A stretch of DNA of 64,000 bases from Vicinamibacterales bacterium. GTDB lineage: Bacteria; Acidobacteriota; Vicinamibacteria; Vicinamibacterales; SCN-69-37. A program made the translations under genes and the position numbers. The notes under the pieces were generated by a model that searched no databases, was not told where the DNA came from, and was given only the letters and a program-made list of their open reading frames with translations. Positions 25,064 through 33,728 of this stretch are shown in pieces; the stretch's first letter is position 1; every line of letters starts with the position of its first letter. The stretch is from contig JBBDWL010000081.1 of assembly GCA_040902895.1 (NCBI GenBank), positions 37,660-101,659 on the forward strand. Direction: 5' to 3'.

Positions 25064-26443
25064 ATGCGCGACAATGGACGCCTCGTGACTCCGAAGCCTC
25101 ACTCCCTCACGATCTCGGCGGCCGCGGCGCTCTACGACAGCATGCTGCAGCGCGGCCTGCAGCAGTTTTTCGGACGCGCCGCGCTCGACACGGAAGTGGT
25201 GCCCGCCGAGGACGGCGGTTCAACCCTGGAGATCGAGTCGACGCGGGATGCGTCGGCGATTGTGCTCACGTGGTTTGGATTCCGCCATACGCTGCGCGTC
25301 GATCGCGACCGCCCGTTCACGCCCGACGAGGTGCGCTTCGCGCGCGCCATTCTTTCGGTGCTCGACGCCCGCTATCGCGCCATCTTCGATCCGGCGCTGA
25401 TGGCCGAGCGGCTCGATCTATTCCGCGGCGCGATCGAGGATCGCTACATCGGCGCGTTTCTGGACGATGTTCCGTACACGATCGAGCAGGTGGGCCGCGC
25501 CGACGTGATCGCAAGGGCGATTGAAGTGCTGCGCGTCGCGGCACTCTCGCGTTACGAGAACCGCGAGCTCTCCTCGGGCGTCCTGCTCCTCGATACCGAC
25601 ACGGATCCCGCCCGCGGCGCGTCGCGCGCGCGGCCGATGCTCGACTACGCCGAGAGCCTGACGGCGGTGAAGAGCTTCTATCGCCTCTCGGATGGTCTGC
25701 ACACCGCGTTTCTGGTCAACCGCGAAGGCAAGGTGCTCGACATCGTCGAGCTCAACGAGTGGGACACGCGCGCCGATCGTCCCGGCACGCTGGCGGCGCC
25801 CGTGGCGGCGCCGTATCAGGCGCACGCGCGCGCGACGTCGGGCAATCATCACATCTGCATCATCCTCACGCCGGCGCACGAGATCCGCGTGTTCGCGGAA
25901 GGGGCGCAGGCCTTCACCTTCCGCAACGGAGGCTGGCATCTGCTCGACGTCGCCGCGAAGTCTGAGAGCTGGCGGCGCGGCGTCGGCCATGACGCGCTGG
26001 CGCATCTGATTTTTCAGACGGCGCTCGACATGGCCGACAGGCGGCAGGGCGCGCTCTTCGCGGTGCTGCGCGACGCCAAGGCGGGGCTGGATCGGCTCGT
26101 CGCGCCGGCCGATCGGCTCGATCTGCCGCATCATCACGAGCCGACCGACGGCGTGATCGATCGCCGCGATCTGCTGCACTTCACCGCCGGCCGTACCGCG
26201 ATGGATTTGTCGCCCGAGGTGTTTCGCGCGCTCGCGACGATGGACGGCGCCATCGTGGTCGATGCGCGCGGCCACCTGCTGGCGGCGGGCGCCATCCTTC
26301 TGCATTCGGGCCCGCCCTCTATCGAGATGGAGGGCGCGCGCACCGCCGCCGCATTCAGCGCCGCGCAGTACGGTCCCATCCTGAAGGTCAGCGAGGATGG
26401 CCTGATGACCTGCTTCGATCGCCAGCGCCTCTGGGAGATCTGA
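25064..26443 (+). CDS. Diadenylate-cyclase (DisA_N/DAC) fold protein with degenerate catalytic motif
   Basis: The C-terminal ~150 aa aligns by eye to DAC domains: RQGALFAVLRD / TMDGAIVVDARGHLLAAGAILLHS / GARTAAAFSAAQ..ILKVSEDGLMTCF, against GALIVIER / HDGAVII..IxAAgcxLPLS / GTRHRAAxGISE..VVSEETGxIS. Confidence 0.55.
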   Translation: MRDNGRLVTPKPHSLTISAAAALYDSMLQRGLQQFFGRAALDTEVVPAEDGGSTLEIESTRDASAIVLTWFGFRHTLRVDRDRPFTPDEVRFARAILSVLDARYRAIFDPALMAERLDLFRGAIEDRYIGAFLDDVPYTIEQVGRADVIARAIEVLRVAALSRYENRELSSGVLLLDTDTDPARGASRARPMLDYAESLTAVKSFYRLSDGLHTAFLVNREGKVLDIVELNEWDTRADRPGTLAAPVAAPYQAHARATSGNHHICIILTPAHEIRVFAEGAQAFTFRNGGWHLLDVAAKSESWRRGVGHDALAHLIFQTALDMADRRQGALFAVLRDAKAGLDRLVAPADRLDLPHHHEPTDGVIDRRDLLHFTAGRTAMDLSPEVFRALATMDGAIVVDARGHLLAAGAILLHSGPPSIEMEGARTAAAFSAAQYGPILKVSEDGLMTCFDRQRLWEI

Positions 26444-26556
26444 GCCCCCCATTTGACAGTTTCGCCCCAATCATGATCCTTGCGCGTCGCCCCGCCGTGC
26501 GCCGTTGTTGACTGAATTCGAGCTTCGCCATTGAATAGTCAGGTTCCCCAGCGGCG

Positions 26557-27474
26557 ATGCGCATCTTTCTAACGGGCGGTTCGGGATATATCGGGTCGGC
26601 GGTGCTCGACGCGCTCGCGCGCGCCGGGCATGACGTGACGACCGTGGTGCGCCATGGCGAGAAGGCGGCGGCCGTCGAAAAACGCGGCGGACATCCGCTG
26701 CTCGCCGATCTCGCGAAGCCCGAGACGTATGCCATCGCGGCGGCCGCGGCCGAAGCCTGGATTCATGCCGCGCAGGACGGCTCGCCGCGCGGACCGGAGA
26801 TCGACACGCTCACGATCGACACACTGCTGCTGGCCGCGAAGTCGGCCGGGGGCGGGTTGTTCATCTATACCTCAGGCGTCTGGGTGCTCGGTGAGGCGCC
26901 GGAGCCTGCCGATGAAACCGCGGCCGTGAAACCGGTGGCCTATTCGGCCTGGCGCGCGCCGCACGAGAAGGCCGTGCTCGAGGGCGGCACGGGCGCCGTC
27001 CGCACCGTCGTTGTGCGGCCCGGCATTGTCTATGGCGGCGGCCGCGGCATCGTCGGCGATCTGCTCAAGGACGCGAACAACGGCCTCGTGCGCGTCGTGG
27101 GCAGCGGCGAGAACCACTGGCCGCTCGTTTACGATCGCGACCTCGGCGACCTCTACGCCCGGCTCGTGGCGTCGCCGGATGCGTCGGGCATCTATCACGC
27201 GAACGACGAGGGGGACGAGCGCGTGAACGACATCGTCGAGGCGATTCGCGAGTCGGCGCATGTGCGTCCGTCGCTGCGGCACGTGCCGCTGACCGAGGCG
27301 CGCAAGAAGATGGGCGGCTATGCCGACGCGCTCGCGCTCGACCAGAAGGTGCGCAGTCCGCGCGCCCGCGCGCTCGGCTGGACGCCGTCGCTGCGCTCGG
27401 TCGCCGGCAATGTCTCGCGTCTGTTCGAGGAGTACCGGCGCGAAACCGCCTCGGAAAGCACGGCAAGAAGGTAG
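26557..27474 (+). CDS. NAD-dependent epimerase/dehydratase (extended SDR)
   Basis: Rossmann motif MRIFLTGGSGYIGSAVLDAL; 305 aa. Confidence 0.8.
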   Translation: MRIFLTGGSGYIGSAVLDALARAGHDVTTVVRHGEKAAAVEKRGGHPLLADLAKPETYAIAAAAAEAWIHAAQDGSPRGPEIDTLTIDTLLLAAKSAGGGLFIYTSGVWVLGEAPEPADETAAVKPVAYSAWRAPHEKAVLEGGTGAVRTVVVRPGIVYGGGRGIVGDLLKDANNGLVRVVGSGENHWPLVYDRDLGDLYARLVASPDASGIYHANDEGDERVNDIVEAIRESAHVRPSLRHVPLTEARKKMGGYADALALDQKVRSPRARALGWTPSLRSVAGNVSRLFEEYRRETASESTARR

Positions 27475-27476
27475 GC

Positions 27477-28445
27477 ATGGAGATCATCATGAAACACACC
27501 ATCCTCGCATTCGCCTTCGTCACTCTCGCCACGCCCGCGATGGCGCAGCAGCCTTCGGCGGCGCTCAGGCTGCCCCGAGCGGCAGTCGAGGGGCACGAAC
27601 ATCACGGTCAACCCGCGCAGGCCGCTGGCGCGGCCGGGCAGCAGCCGCCGGCGCAGCCGCAGGCCGTGACGCCGCCAGACAAGATGGACGAGTCGCGGCC
27701 TCCGGGCACCGACGCGTTCGTGAAGATTGCGCTCGAGACGAGCCCGCGCCACCACGAGTGGGTCGACATCAAGATGAACGACGGCACGATCGTGAAATCG
27801 TTCGTCGTTTTCCCTGAGAGCAAGGACCGCACGGGCGTGGTCATCGTCATTCACGAAAATCGCGGGCTGAATGACTGGGCGCGGTCGGTGGCGGATCAAT
27901 TGGCGGAAGACGGGTTCATCGCGATCGCGCCGGATCTGCTGTCGGGCAAAGGGCCAGGCGGCGGCAACACCGACTCGATCCCGCCCGATCAGGCCACCCG
28001 CGCCATCGGACAGCTCACGAACGACGAGGTGAACAAGCGGCTCGACGCCGTGCGCGAGTACGCGATCCAGATGCCGCCCGGGAACGGTCGCGTCGGCATG
28101 GTGGGATTCTGCTGGGGCGGCGGCAAGGTGTTTCAGTACGCCGCGCATCGCCCGGGACTCAATGCCGGCGTTGTCTATTACGGTTCGGCGCCCGCGCCGG
28201 CGCTGCTCGAACGCATCGTCACGCCGATACTCGGCCTGTTCGGCGAACAGGACGCGCGCGTGAACACCACGATTAACGCGGCGCTGCCGATCCTCAACAA
28301 GGATCGCGAGATTTTGAAGGCCCACATGTTCCGGGGCGCGGGCCACGGCTTTCTGCGGCAGCAATTCGGCCGCGAAGCCAACCTCAAGGCTTCGGAAGAC
28401 GCCTGGCCGCTCACGATTCGCTTCCTTCGCGAGCATCTGAAGTGA
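27477..28445 (+). CDS. Dienelactone hydrolase family protein, secreted
   Basis: Signal peptide KHTILAFAFVTLATPAMAQ, VVIVIHENRGLNDW, nucleophile elbow GFCWGGG, GAGHGF. Confidence 0.8.
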   Translation: MEIIMKHTILAFAFVTLATPAMAQQPSAALRLPRAAVEGHEHHGQPAQAAGAAGQQPPAQPQAVTPPDKMDESRPPGTDAFVKIALETSPRHHEWVDIKMNDGTIVKSFVVFPESKDRTGVVIVIHENRGLNDWARSVADQLAEDGFIAIAPDLLSGKGPGGGNTDSIPPDQATRAIGQLTNDEVNKRLDAVREYAIQMPPGNGRVGMVGFCWGGGKVFQYAAHRPGLNAGVVYYGSAPAPALLERIVTPILGLFGEQDARVNTTINAALPILNKDREILKAHMFRGAGHGFLRQQFGREANLKASEDAWPLTIRFLREHLK

Positions 28446-28533
28446 GTAAGGCGAGTAAGGCGAGTAAGGCGAGTAAGGCGAGTAAGGGAAGTAAGGCGGG
28501 TAAGGCAGGTGAGGCGGGTAAGGCGGTTAAGCC
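28442..28533 (+). repeat. 9-bp tandem repeat, GAGTAAG family (about 10 units)
   Basis: gtgagtaaggcgagtaaggcgagtaaggcgagtaaggcgagtaagggaagtaaggcgggtaaggcaggtgaggcgggtaaggcggttaagcc. Starts at the GTGA overlap with the preceding stop codon. Confidence 0.9.
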
Positions 28534-28771
28534 GAAGGCGCCCACGCCCGACCGTCCCGTGAATCTGCGTCTGACCGCGCCGGAGTATCAGCTTGTCTCG
28601 TATGCGGCGTCGAAGACGCGGGCGCGCGGGGTGAATGCGTGGATGCGCGAAGCGGTGGTCGAGGCCGCGCGGCATTCGGCCGGCAAGGAAATGTCGGAAG
28701 ACATTCTGTCGGGTAAAGGAACCGTAAGACTGCTGCGCGAATCGCTGGCCGAGGCGCGCAAGTCGCGGTGA
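28442..28771 (+). CDS. Ribbon-helix-helix-like small protein with (SKA)n repeat N-terminus; start uncertain
   Basis: VNLRLTAPEYQLVSYAASKTRARGVNAWMREAVVEAA resembles a CopG/Arc-type RHH. The N-terminal 30 aa are repeat-encoded. The alternative start GTG 28559 would leave the repeat untranslated. Confidence 0.4.
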   Translation: MSKASKASKASKASKGSKAGKAGEAGKAVKPKAPTPDRPVNLRLTAPEYQLVSYAASKTRARGVNAWMREAVVEAARHSAGKEMSEDILSGKGTVRLLRESLAEARKSR

Positions 28772-28803
28772 CGAATTGTAGACTGTAAATTGCGGTGGAG
28801 ATC

Positions 28804-29487
28804 CTATCGCACGCTGATGCCCGCGCTCAGCATCATCAGCCTCTGCCGCGGCCGCTCGAGCAGAGCTCCGTCGGCCAGGCCGGCAGCGATCGTGTGGAAG
28901 CGCAGGTCCACCGTGAAGGCCAGGTGCGGCGACGTGAACCATCGCGCGCCGCCGCCGTAGTTGATCGACCGCACGCGCCTGTCCGGGTTTTCGCCGGTCT
29001 CGACCCACGTCTCGAAGCTGGCGCTCCCAATGCCCCCGCTGACGAAACTCCACCCGTTGCGATGACCAAAGTTGAGCGACACCTGCGGCGCGATTGAATA
29101 CACCTGCGCCTTCAGCATCGGTCCTGTCGGTTCGCCTGCATCGTCGAGCGGCTGCCGGCTGCGCCGCGCCATGGTGAGTTCCGCGCCAAGTCCCAACGCA
29201 ACGCGTCCGAACCGCACCGGATAGACATGCGCGCCGACGGTGCCGCCGAGTCCGGGTCCAGGCAGGTCAGAGGCCGGGACGTTGAAGGCCGTCGCAATCG
29301 TCGGCCGCTGTCCGAACTTCGCGAGCACGCCACGCGCATCGACGACGAATCCCGACACGGGTCGCACGACAAGAACGGGCCGAGCTGATGTCTGCGGAGC
29401 AGGCGGTGGCGAGGTCGGCGGTGTCTGCTGGGCGAACGCAAGCGCCGGGGCGCCCGCGAGCAGCAGCGCCGCAGCAAATGCGCGCAT
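28804..29487 (-). CDS. Outer-membrane beta-barrel protein (OmpA-like/porin family 8-10 strand type)
   Basis: Signal peptide MRAFAAALLLAGAPALAFAQQ, alternating hydrophobic strands, C-terminal ...MMLSAGISVR. Start ATG 29487. Confidence 0.6.
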   Translation of the reverse strand: MRAFAAALLLAGAPALAFAQQTPPTSPPPAPQTSARPVLVVRPVSGFVVDARGVLAKFGQRPTIATAFNVPASDLPGPGLGGTVGAHVYPVRFGRVALGLGAELTMARRSRQPLDDAGEPTGPMLKAQVYSIAPQVSLNFGHRNGWSFVSGGIGSASFETWVETGENPDRRVRSINYGGGARWFTSPHLAFTVDLRFHTIAAGLADGALLERPRQRLMMLSAGISVR

Positions 29488-29494
29488 GTAAGTG

Positions 29495-29500
29495 ATTATA
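29495..29500 (-). promoter_or_regulatory. Consensus -10 TATAAT 7 nt upstream of the OMP ATG (possible leaderless transcript)
   Basis: The minus strand reads TATAATcacttacATG. Confidence 0.45.
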
Positions 29501-29501
29501 A

Positions 29502-29563
29502 GGAAACGCTTGACGGCCCGTGGTATCACGCGACCCGGCCACCACGGGATGTCAAGCGTTTCC
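29502..29563. promoter_or_regulatory. Nested inverted repeat in a divergent intergenic region
   Basis: Outer arms ggaaacgcttgac (29502-14) / gtcaagcgtttcc (29551-63), 13 bp perfect. Inner arms cccgtggt (29517-24) / accacggg (29541-48). Confidence 0.6.
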
Positions 29564-29570
29564 GTCATAA

Positions 29571-30596
29571 TTGACGCCACCGGTGACCCTGACCACGCTT
29601 GCATCGATCGAAGCCGCCGCGGAACGCATCCGCGGTGTGGCGCGGCATACGCCGGTCATTGATCTCACCATCGAGATCGAAGATCGGCTGCCGCGTCGCG
29701 ACGGGCGCGCGCTCTTCGTGAAGTGCGAGAACTTGCAGCCGATGGGCGCGTTCAAGATCCGGGGCGCCTTCAACATGCTGGTGCGGCTCATGTCGGCGCC
29801 GGAGAACGCGCCGGGACTAAAGTCCCGGCCTACCGCCGGCGTCATCACCTATTCCTCCGGCAACCACGGGCAGGCCGTGGCAATGGCGGCGGGCCGGATG
29901 GGCGTGCACGCGGTGGTCGTGATGCCGACGACCGCACCGCCGAACAAGATTGCGGGCGCGAAGGCGCTCGGGGCTGAAGTTATTCTCGAAGGTACGACGT
30001 CGATCGCGCGGCGCGAGCGGGCCGAGAAGGAAGCCGCGGCGCGAGGTCTCGTGATGATGCCGCCGTTCGATCATCCCTGGATCATCGAAGGGCAGGGCAC
30101 GTGCGCGCTCGAGATCCTCGACGATCTGCCGGCCACCGCGTGTGTGCTCGTGCCGATCGGCGGCGGCGGACTCGCGTCAGGCGTGGCGGCGGCAGTGAAG
30201 CAGCGAAGCCCGAATGTGCGTGTGATTGGGGTGGAGCCGGCGGGCGCAGCGAAGATGAGCGCCTCGCTCGCGAAAGGCGAGCCGGTCACGCTCGACTCGA
30301 CGGCCAGTATCGCCGACGGATTGATGCCCGTACGGCCCGGCGATCTGACTTTCGCGCACGTGCAGAAGTGGGTCGATCAGGTGGTCACGGTCGACGATGC
30401 GCAGATTGCGGAAGCGACGCTGTGGCTGCACGATCGCGGACGGCTCGTCGTCGAACCAAGCGGCGCGGCGACGATTGCCGCGGTGCGCGCCGGCGCCGTC
30501 AATGACATCGAGGGACCCATCGTCGCCATCCTGAGCGGCGGCAACGTCACGCTGGAGCGCCTGATGGAGCTGCGAAAAGGTAGCGCAGGCCTTTAG
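29571..30596 (+). CDS. PLP-dependent threonine ammonia-lyase / serine-threonine dehydratase family
   Basis: PLP-lysine block QPMGAFKIRGAFN, SSGNHGQAVA, PIGGGGLASG. Short form, no ACT domains. TTG 29571 or GTG 29583 as start. Confidence 0.85.
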   Translation: MTPPVTLTTLASIEAAAERIRGVARHTPVIDLTIEIEDRLPRRDGRALFVKCENLQPMGAFKIRGAFNMLVRLMSAPENAPGLKSRPTAGVITYSSGNHGQAVAMAAGRMGVHAVVVMPTTAPPNKIAGAKALGAEVILEGTTSIARRERAEKEAAARGLVMMPPFDHPWIIEGQGTCALEILDDLPATACVLVPIGGGGLASGVAAAVKQRSPNVRVIGVEPAGAAKMSASLAKGEPVTLDSTASIADGLMPVRPGDLTFAHVQKWVDQVVTVDDAQIAEATLWLHDRGRLVVEPSGAATIAAVRAGAVNDIEGPIVAILSGGNVTLERLMELRKGSAGL

Positions 30597-30603
30597 GCCT
30601 GCG
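30584..30603. terminator. Short bidirectional hairpin between convergent genes
   Basis: cgcaggcc-ttta-ggcctgcg. Overlaps the TAG of the dehydratase gene. No clear U-tract. Confidence 0.4.
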
Positions 30604-31269
30604 TTAGCGCGACGGTTTCACCGAGCTTCGAATGATGTAATCGAGCCGCGGGTACTCCCGCCGAAAAAACGCGTTGCCTTCGGCGAATCCCGCGTCCTGC
30701 CGGCCCGCCCGGATCCCGCCGAGGCCCTCGCGGTATTCGGCGTTGAAGGCGTCGGCCGCCGCCATGCCCTCGACGACGCGGCCGAAGGGCACGAATGGCT
30801 CGCCGTCGTGCGACGCCGAGTTGTCCCGCAGATTAATGAACACCTGCGTCGTCCGGCCGTTCGGTACCGCGAACGCGAAAGCAACCGTGCCCCGGACGTT
30901 GGACTGGCGGAACGGGTCGTCGGGAAACGTCGCGATCCGCCACGCCCGGGCAACCGCCGGGTCGCCGGCGATGCCGAACTGGACCCACGTGGCCGGCCGC
31001 ACCCGGAAGAAGCGTGCGTCGTCGTAGTATCCATACTTCGCGAGGTTGACGAAGCGGTCGGCGCCCCCGGGAGCCCACTCGCGGAGCACTTCAATCACGA
31101 GCGGGCCCTTGCTCGTTTCGAAGCGGACCAGCGCCCGCTCCGGCGCCGGTTCGCGAAACTCCGGCGCCGCCGGGTCGAGCAGCAGTTTCCGGTTCGACGG
31201 CGACTGCGGTCCGGCCGCGATCGACGCGATCGCGAGCAGCGGCGCGGCAAGACAGGAAAGAATGCGCAT
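30604..31269 (-). CDS. Cyclophilin-type peptidyl-prolyl isomerase, secreted
   Basis: Signal MRILSCLAAPLLAIASIAAG, FETSKGPLVIEV, FVNLAKYGYYDDARFFRV, VQFGI, TTQVFINL. Confidence 0.85.
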   Translation of the reverse strand: MRILSCLAAPLLAIASIAAGPQSPSNRKLLLDPAAPEFREPAPERALVRFETSKGPLVIEVLREWAPGGADRFVNLAKYGYYDDARFFRVRPATWVQFGIAGDPAVARAWRIATFPDDPFRQSNVRGTVAFAFAVPNGRTTQVFINLRDNSASHDGEPFVPFGRVVEGMAAADAFNAEYREGLGGIRAGRQDAGFAEGNAFFRREYPRLDYIIRSSVKPSR

Positions 31270-33724
31270 GGCTGATGTGAGGCGTCCGGCGGTCATCGTA
31301 GCACTCGCGGTCGCGTTTACGGCGGCGGCCGGCGCGGGGCCGAATCGCTTCGGGTTCTCCGATCGGGTGGAACGGCACATGTTGCCGGAAGTTACGACGG
31401 GCCCGTCGGAGCCGGCGTGGAGCCCGGATGGGATGTGGATCGCCTTCTCCATGCAGGGCGACATCTGGAAGGTGCCGGCCGGGGGCGGGGAAGCCATCGC
31501 GCTGACTCGCGGCCCCTGGTACTACTTCGAGCCCGCCTGGAGTCCCGACGGCCGGTCGATTGCCGTGACGATGGATACCGGCGGCAACCTTGATATCGGG
31601 ATCGTCCCCGCTGATGGAGGAGAGGTTCGGCGGGTCACCGAGGACCGGGCCGCCGATCTCGAGCCGGTCTGGACGCGCGACTCAGCGTCGATCGTCTTCG
31701 TCAGCTCGCGCAATCGCGGCTTCGATGTCTTCCGCGTGTCACTCGCCGACGCCGCGGTGACACCGGTGGTGAGCGGCGGCGGTGACCAGATTCAGCCGGC
31801 CGTCTCGCCCGACGGCGAGACGCTGGCGTTCGTCGCGCCGGTACGTGGCCGGCTCGGCACGGGCGGCATCTGGACGCAGCCGCTGGCGCGCGGCACAGAC
31901 GGATCGGCGCCGCCACAGCCGACGCTCGTGCACTACGAGGAATCCGAGTACCGGATGCGGCCGCGCTGGACGCCGGACGGCCGCGCGCTGGTCTTCGGAT
32001 CGGATGCGGCCGGGTCGAACGACCTCGCGATCGTGTCGGCCGACGGCGGCAATCCGGCGGTGCTGACCGCCGATCCGATGGGCGAGTTCTCTCCGGCGCC
32101 GTCGCCCGACGGCACGCGGATCGCGTTCGTGTCCAATCACGACGGGCCACCGACGCTCTACGTCGCGCCGACCGGCGGCGGCCCGCGGGGATCCTGGACC
32201 GAGGTGCGGATGACGTCGCGGCGCCATCGCACGCCCACCGGCACGGTTCGCGCCCGCGTCGTGGGTCCGGATGGCGCCCCCGTCCCGGCACGCGTCATGG
32301 TGCGCGCCTCCGATGGCCGCAGCTACGCACCCGACGGCGGCTTCGCGCGCGTCATCTCGGCCACCGAGACGCACTACTTCCACACCGGCGGCGAGTTCGT
32401 GCTCACGGTTCCAGCCGGGTCGTTGGAGATCGAAGCCATGCGCGGGTTCGAGTACGTCCCCGTTCGCGCGACCGTCGACGTGACGGCCGGCGAGACGGCC
32501 GCCGCGCTCCTGCGGCTCGGCCCGCCGATCGCCGACATCGGCGCCTGGCGGTCGGGCGACACGCACGCGCACGACTATCATCAGGGCCGCTTCGGGTTGA
32601 GCCACGCGTGGCTGTTCGCGCAGTCGCTGGCCGAGGACCTCGGCGTCACCAACGTGCTCATTCACATGGACGGCACGCGGCTCATGGGTCGTTGGGACGA
32701 TCTCACCGGCCGTCCGATCGCGCTCTCGACGCCGACGCATCTCCTCCAGTTCGGCGAAGAGTTCCGCGGGTCGCTCGGGCACATCGGGATGCTGGGCCTC
32801 TCGCGATTCATCCTGCCGCTCGTCGGCGGCGCGCCGAACACGCCGTACGCGCAGATTGCCAGCGACCTGCCCTACATCGACGGCGCGCGCGCGCAGGGCG
32901 GCATCGCCGGATTCATGCATCCGTACCTGGATGACTCGGCGAACGCGGCCGGCTGGGGCGGGTCGCTCATCCCCGTCGATGTTGCGATCGGCCGCGGCGA
33001 TTTTTACGACGTCGCCGCCGTGTACTCGGACGAACTGGCGTCGGCGGCCATGTACTACCGCCTGCTCAATTGCGGCTTCCGGCTCCCCGCGACCGGCGGC
33101 ACCGACAACTTCCCCGACGTCTGGCGCGATCCGCCACCCGGCACGGACCGCACTTACGCTCGCGTCGACGGTGCGCTGACGGTGGCGTCGTGGCTCGACG
33201 CCGTCAAAGCCGGCCGCACGTTCGCGACGACCGGGCCGCTGCTGTTTCTGGACGTGCAGGGCCATCAGCCGGGCGACGAGATTCGACTCGATGCCGGAGC
33301 GCCGGCCGCGCTCGACGTGGCCGTTCGGGTCGCCTCCATCGTGCCGCTCGAGCGCGTCGAGATTCTCGTCAACGGGCGCGTGGCGCTCGATGCCCGCGCC
33401 GGCGCCGACGGCCGGATTCCCGAGCGCGTGTCGGGCCGGGTCGAGGTGCCCGACGGCGGATGGATTGCGGCGCGCGCGGTCGGCCGGGCGCACCGGTACG
33501 TGGGCGACAGCTACGCCTTTGCGCAGACGAGTCCGGTGTACGTCGTCCGCGGCGGCCGTCCGTTCGTGTCGCGCGAGGACGCGGCGTTTCTGGGCGAGGT
33601 CGTCGACGCGGTTCGCGCGCGCGCCGCGCGGTCGACGGCCTGGCGGTCGGCGGGCGAGCGCGAGGCGTTTCTGCAGGAGATCGACAAGGCGCGCGCGGTG
33701 TACGCGCGTCTGATGAATCGATAA
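31262..33724 (+). CDS. Secreted PD40 beta-propeller fused to CehA/McbA-type (PHP-like) metallohydrolase domain
   Basis: Signal MADVRRPAVIVALAVAFTAAAGAG, repeated SPDG blades (WSPDGMWIAF, WSPDGRSIAV, VSPDGETLAF, PSPDGTRIAF), then GDTHAHD... and GFMHPY metal-site-like blocks. Start ATG 31262 or 31268. Confidence 0.7.
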   Translation: MRMADVRRPAVIVALAVAFTAAAGAGPNRFGFSDRVERHMLPEVTTGPSEPAWSPDGMWIAFSMQGDIWKVPAGGGEAIALTRGPWYYFEPAWSPDGRSIAVTMDTGGNLDIGIVPADGGEVRRVTEDRAADLEPVWTRDSASIVFVSSRNRGFDVFRVSLADAAVTPVVSGGGDQIQPAVSPDGETLAFVAPVRGRLGTGGIWTQPLARGTDGSAPPQPTLVHYEESEYRMRPRWTPDGRALVFGSDAAGSNDLAIVSADGGNPAVLTADPMGEFSPAPSPDGTRIAFVSNHDGPPTLYVAPTGGGPRGSWTEVRMTSRRHRTPTGTVRARVVGPDGAPVPARVMVRASDGRSYAPDGGFARVISATETHYFHTGGEFVLTVPAGSLEIEAMRGFEYVPVRATVDVTAGETAAALLRLGPPIADIGAWRSGDTHAHDYHQGRFGLSHAWLFAQSLAEDLGVTNVLIHMDGTRLMGRWDDLTGRPIALSTPTHLLQFGEEFRGSLGHIGMLGLSRFILPLVGGAPNTPYAQIASDLPYIDGARAQGGIAGFMHPYLDDSANAAGWGGSLIPVDVAIGRGDFYDVAAVYSDELASAAMYYRLLNCGFRLPATGGTDNFPDVWRDPPPGTDRTYARVDGALTVASWLDAVKAGRTFATTGPLLFLDVQGHQPGDEIRLDAGAPAALDVAVRVASIVPLERVEILVNGRVALDARAGADGRIPERVSGRVEVPDGGWIAARAVGRAHRYVGDSYAFAQTSPVYVVRGGRPFVSREDAAFLGEVVDAVRARAARSTAWRSAGEREAFLQEIDKARAVYARLMNR

Positions 33725-33728
33725 GGGC

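Noticed and set aside
28442-28533. The tandem repeat arrays here, and at 14741-14812, 13689-13770, 52288-52327 and 62961-63158, as possible CRISPR arrays.
   Set aside because: The units are 8-18 nt and directly abutting with no unique spacers. No cas genes are present. Several arrays are in-frame coding sequence.
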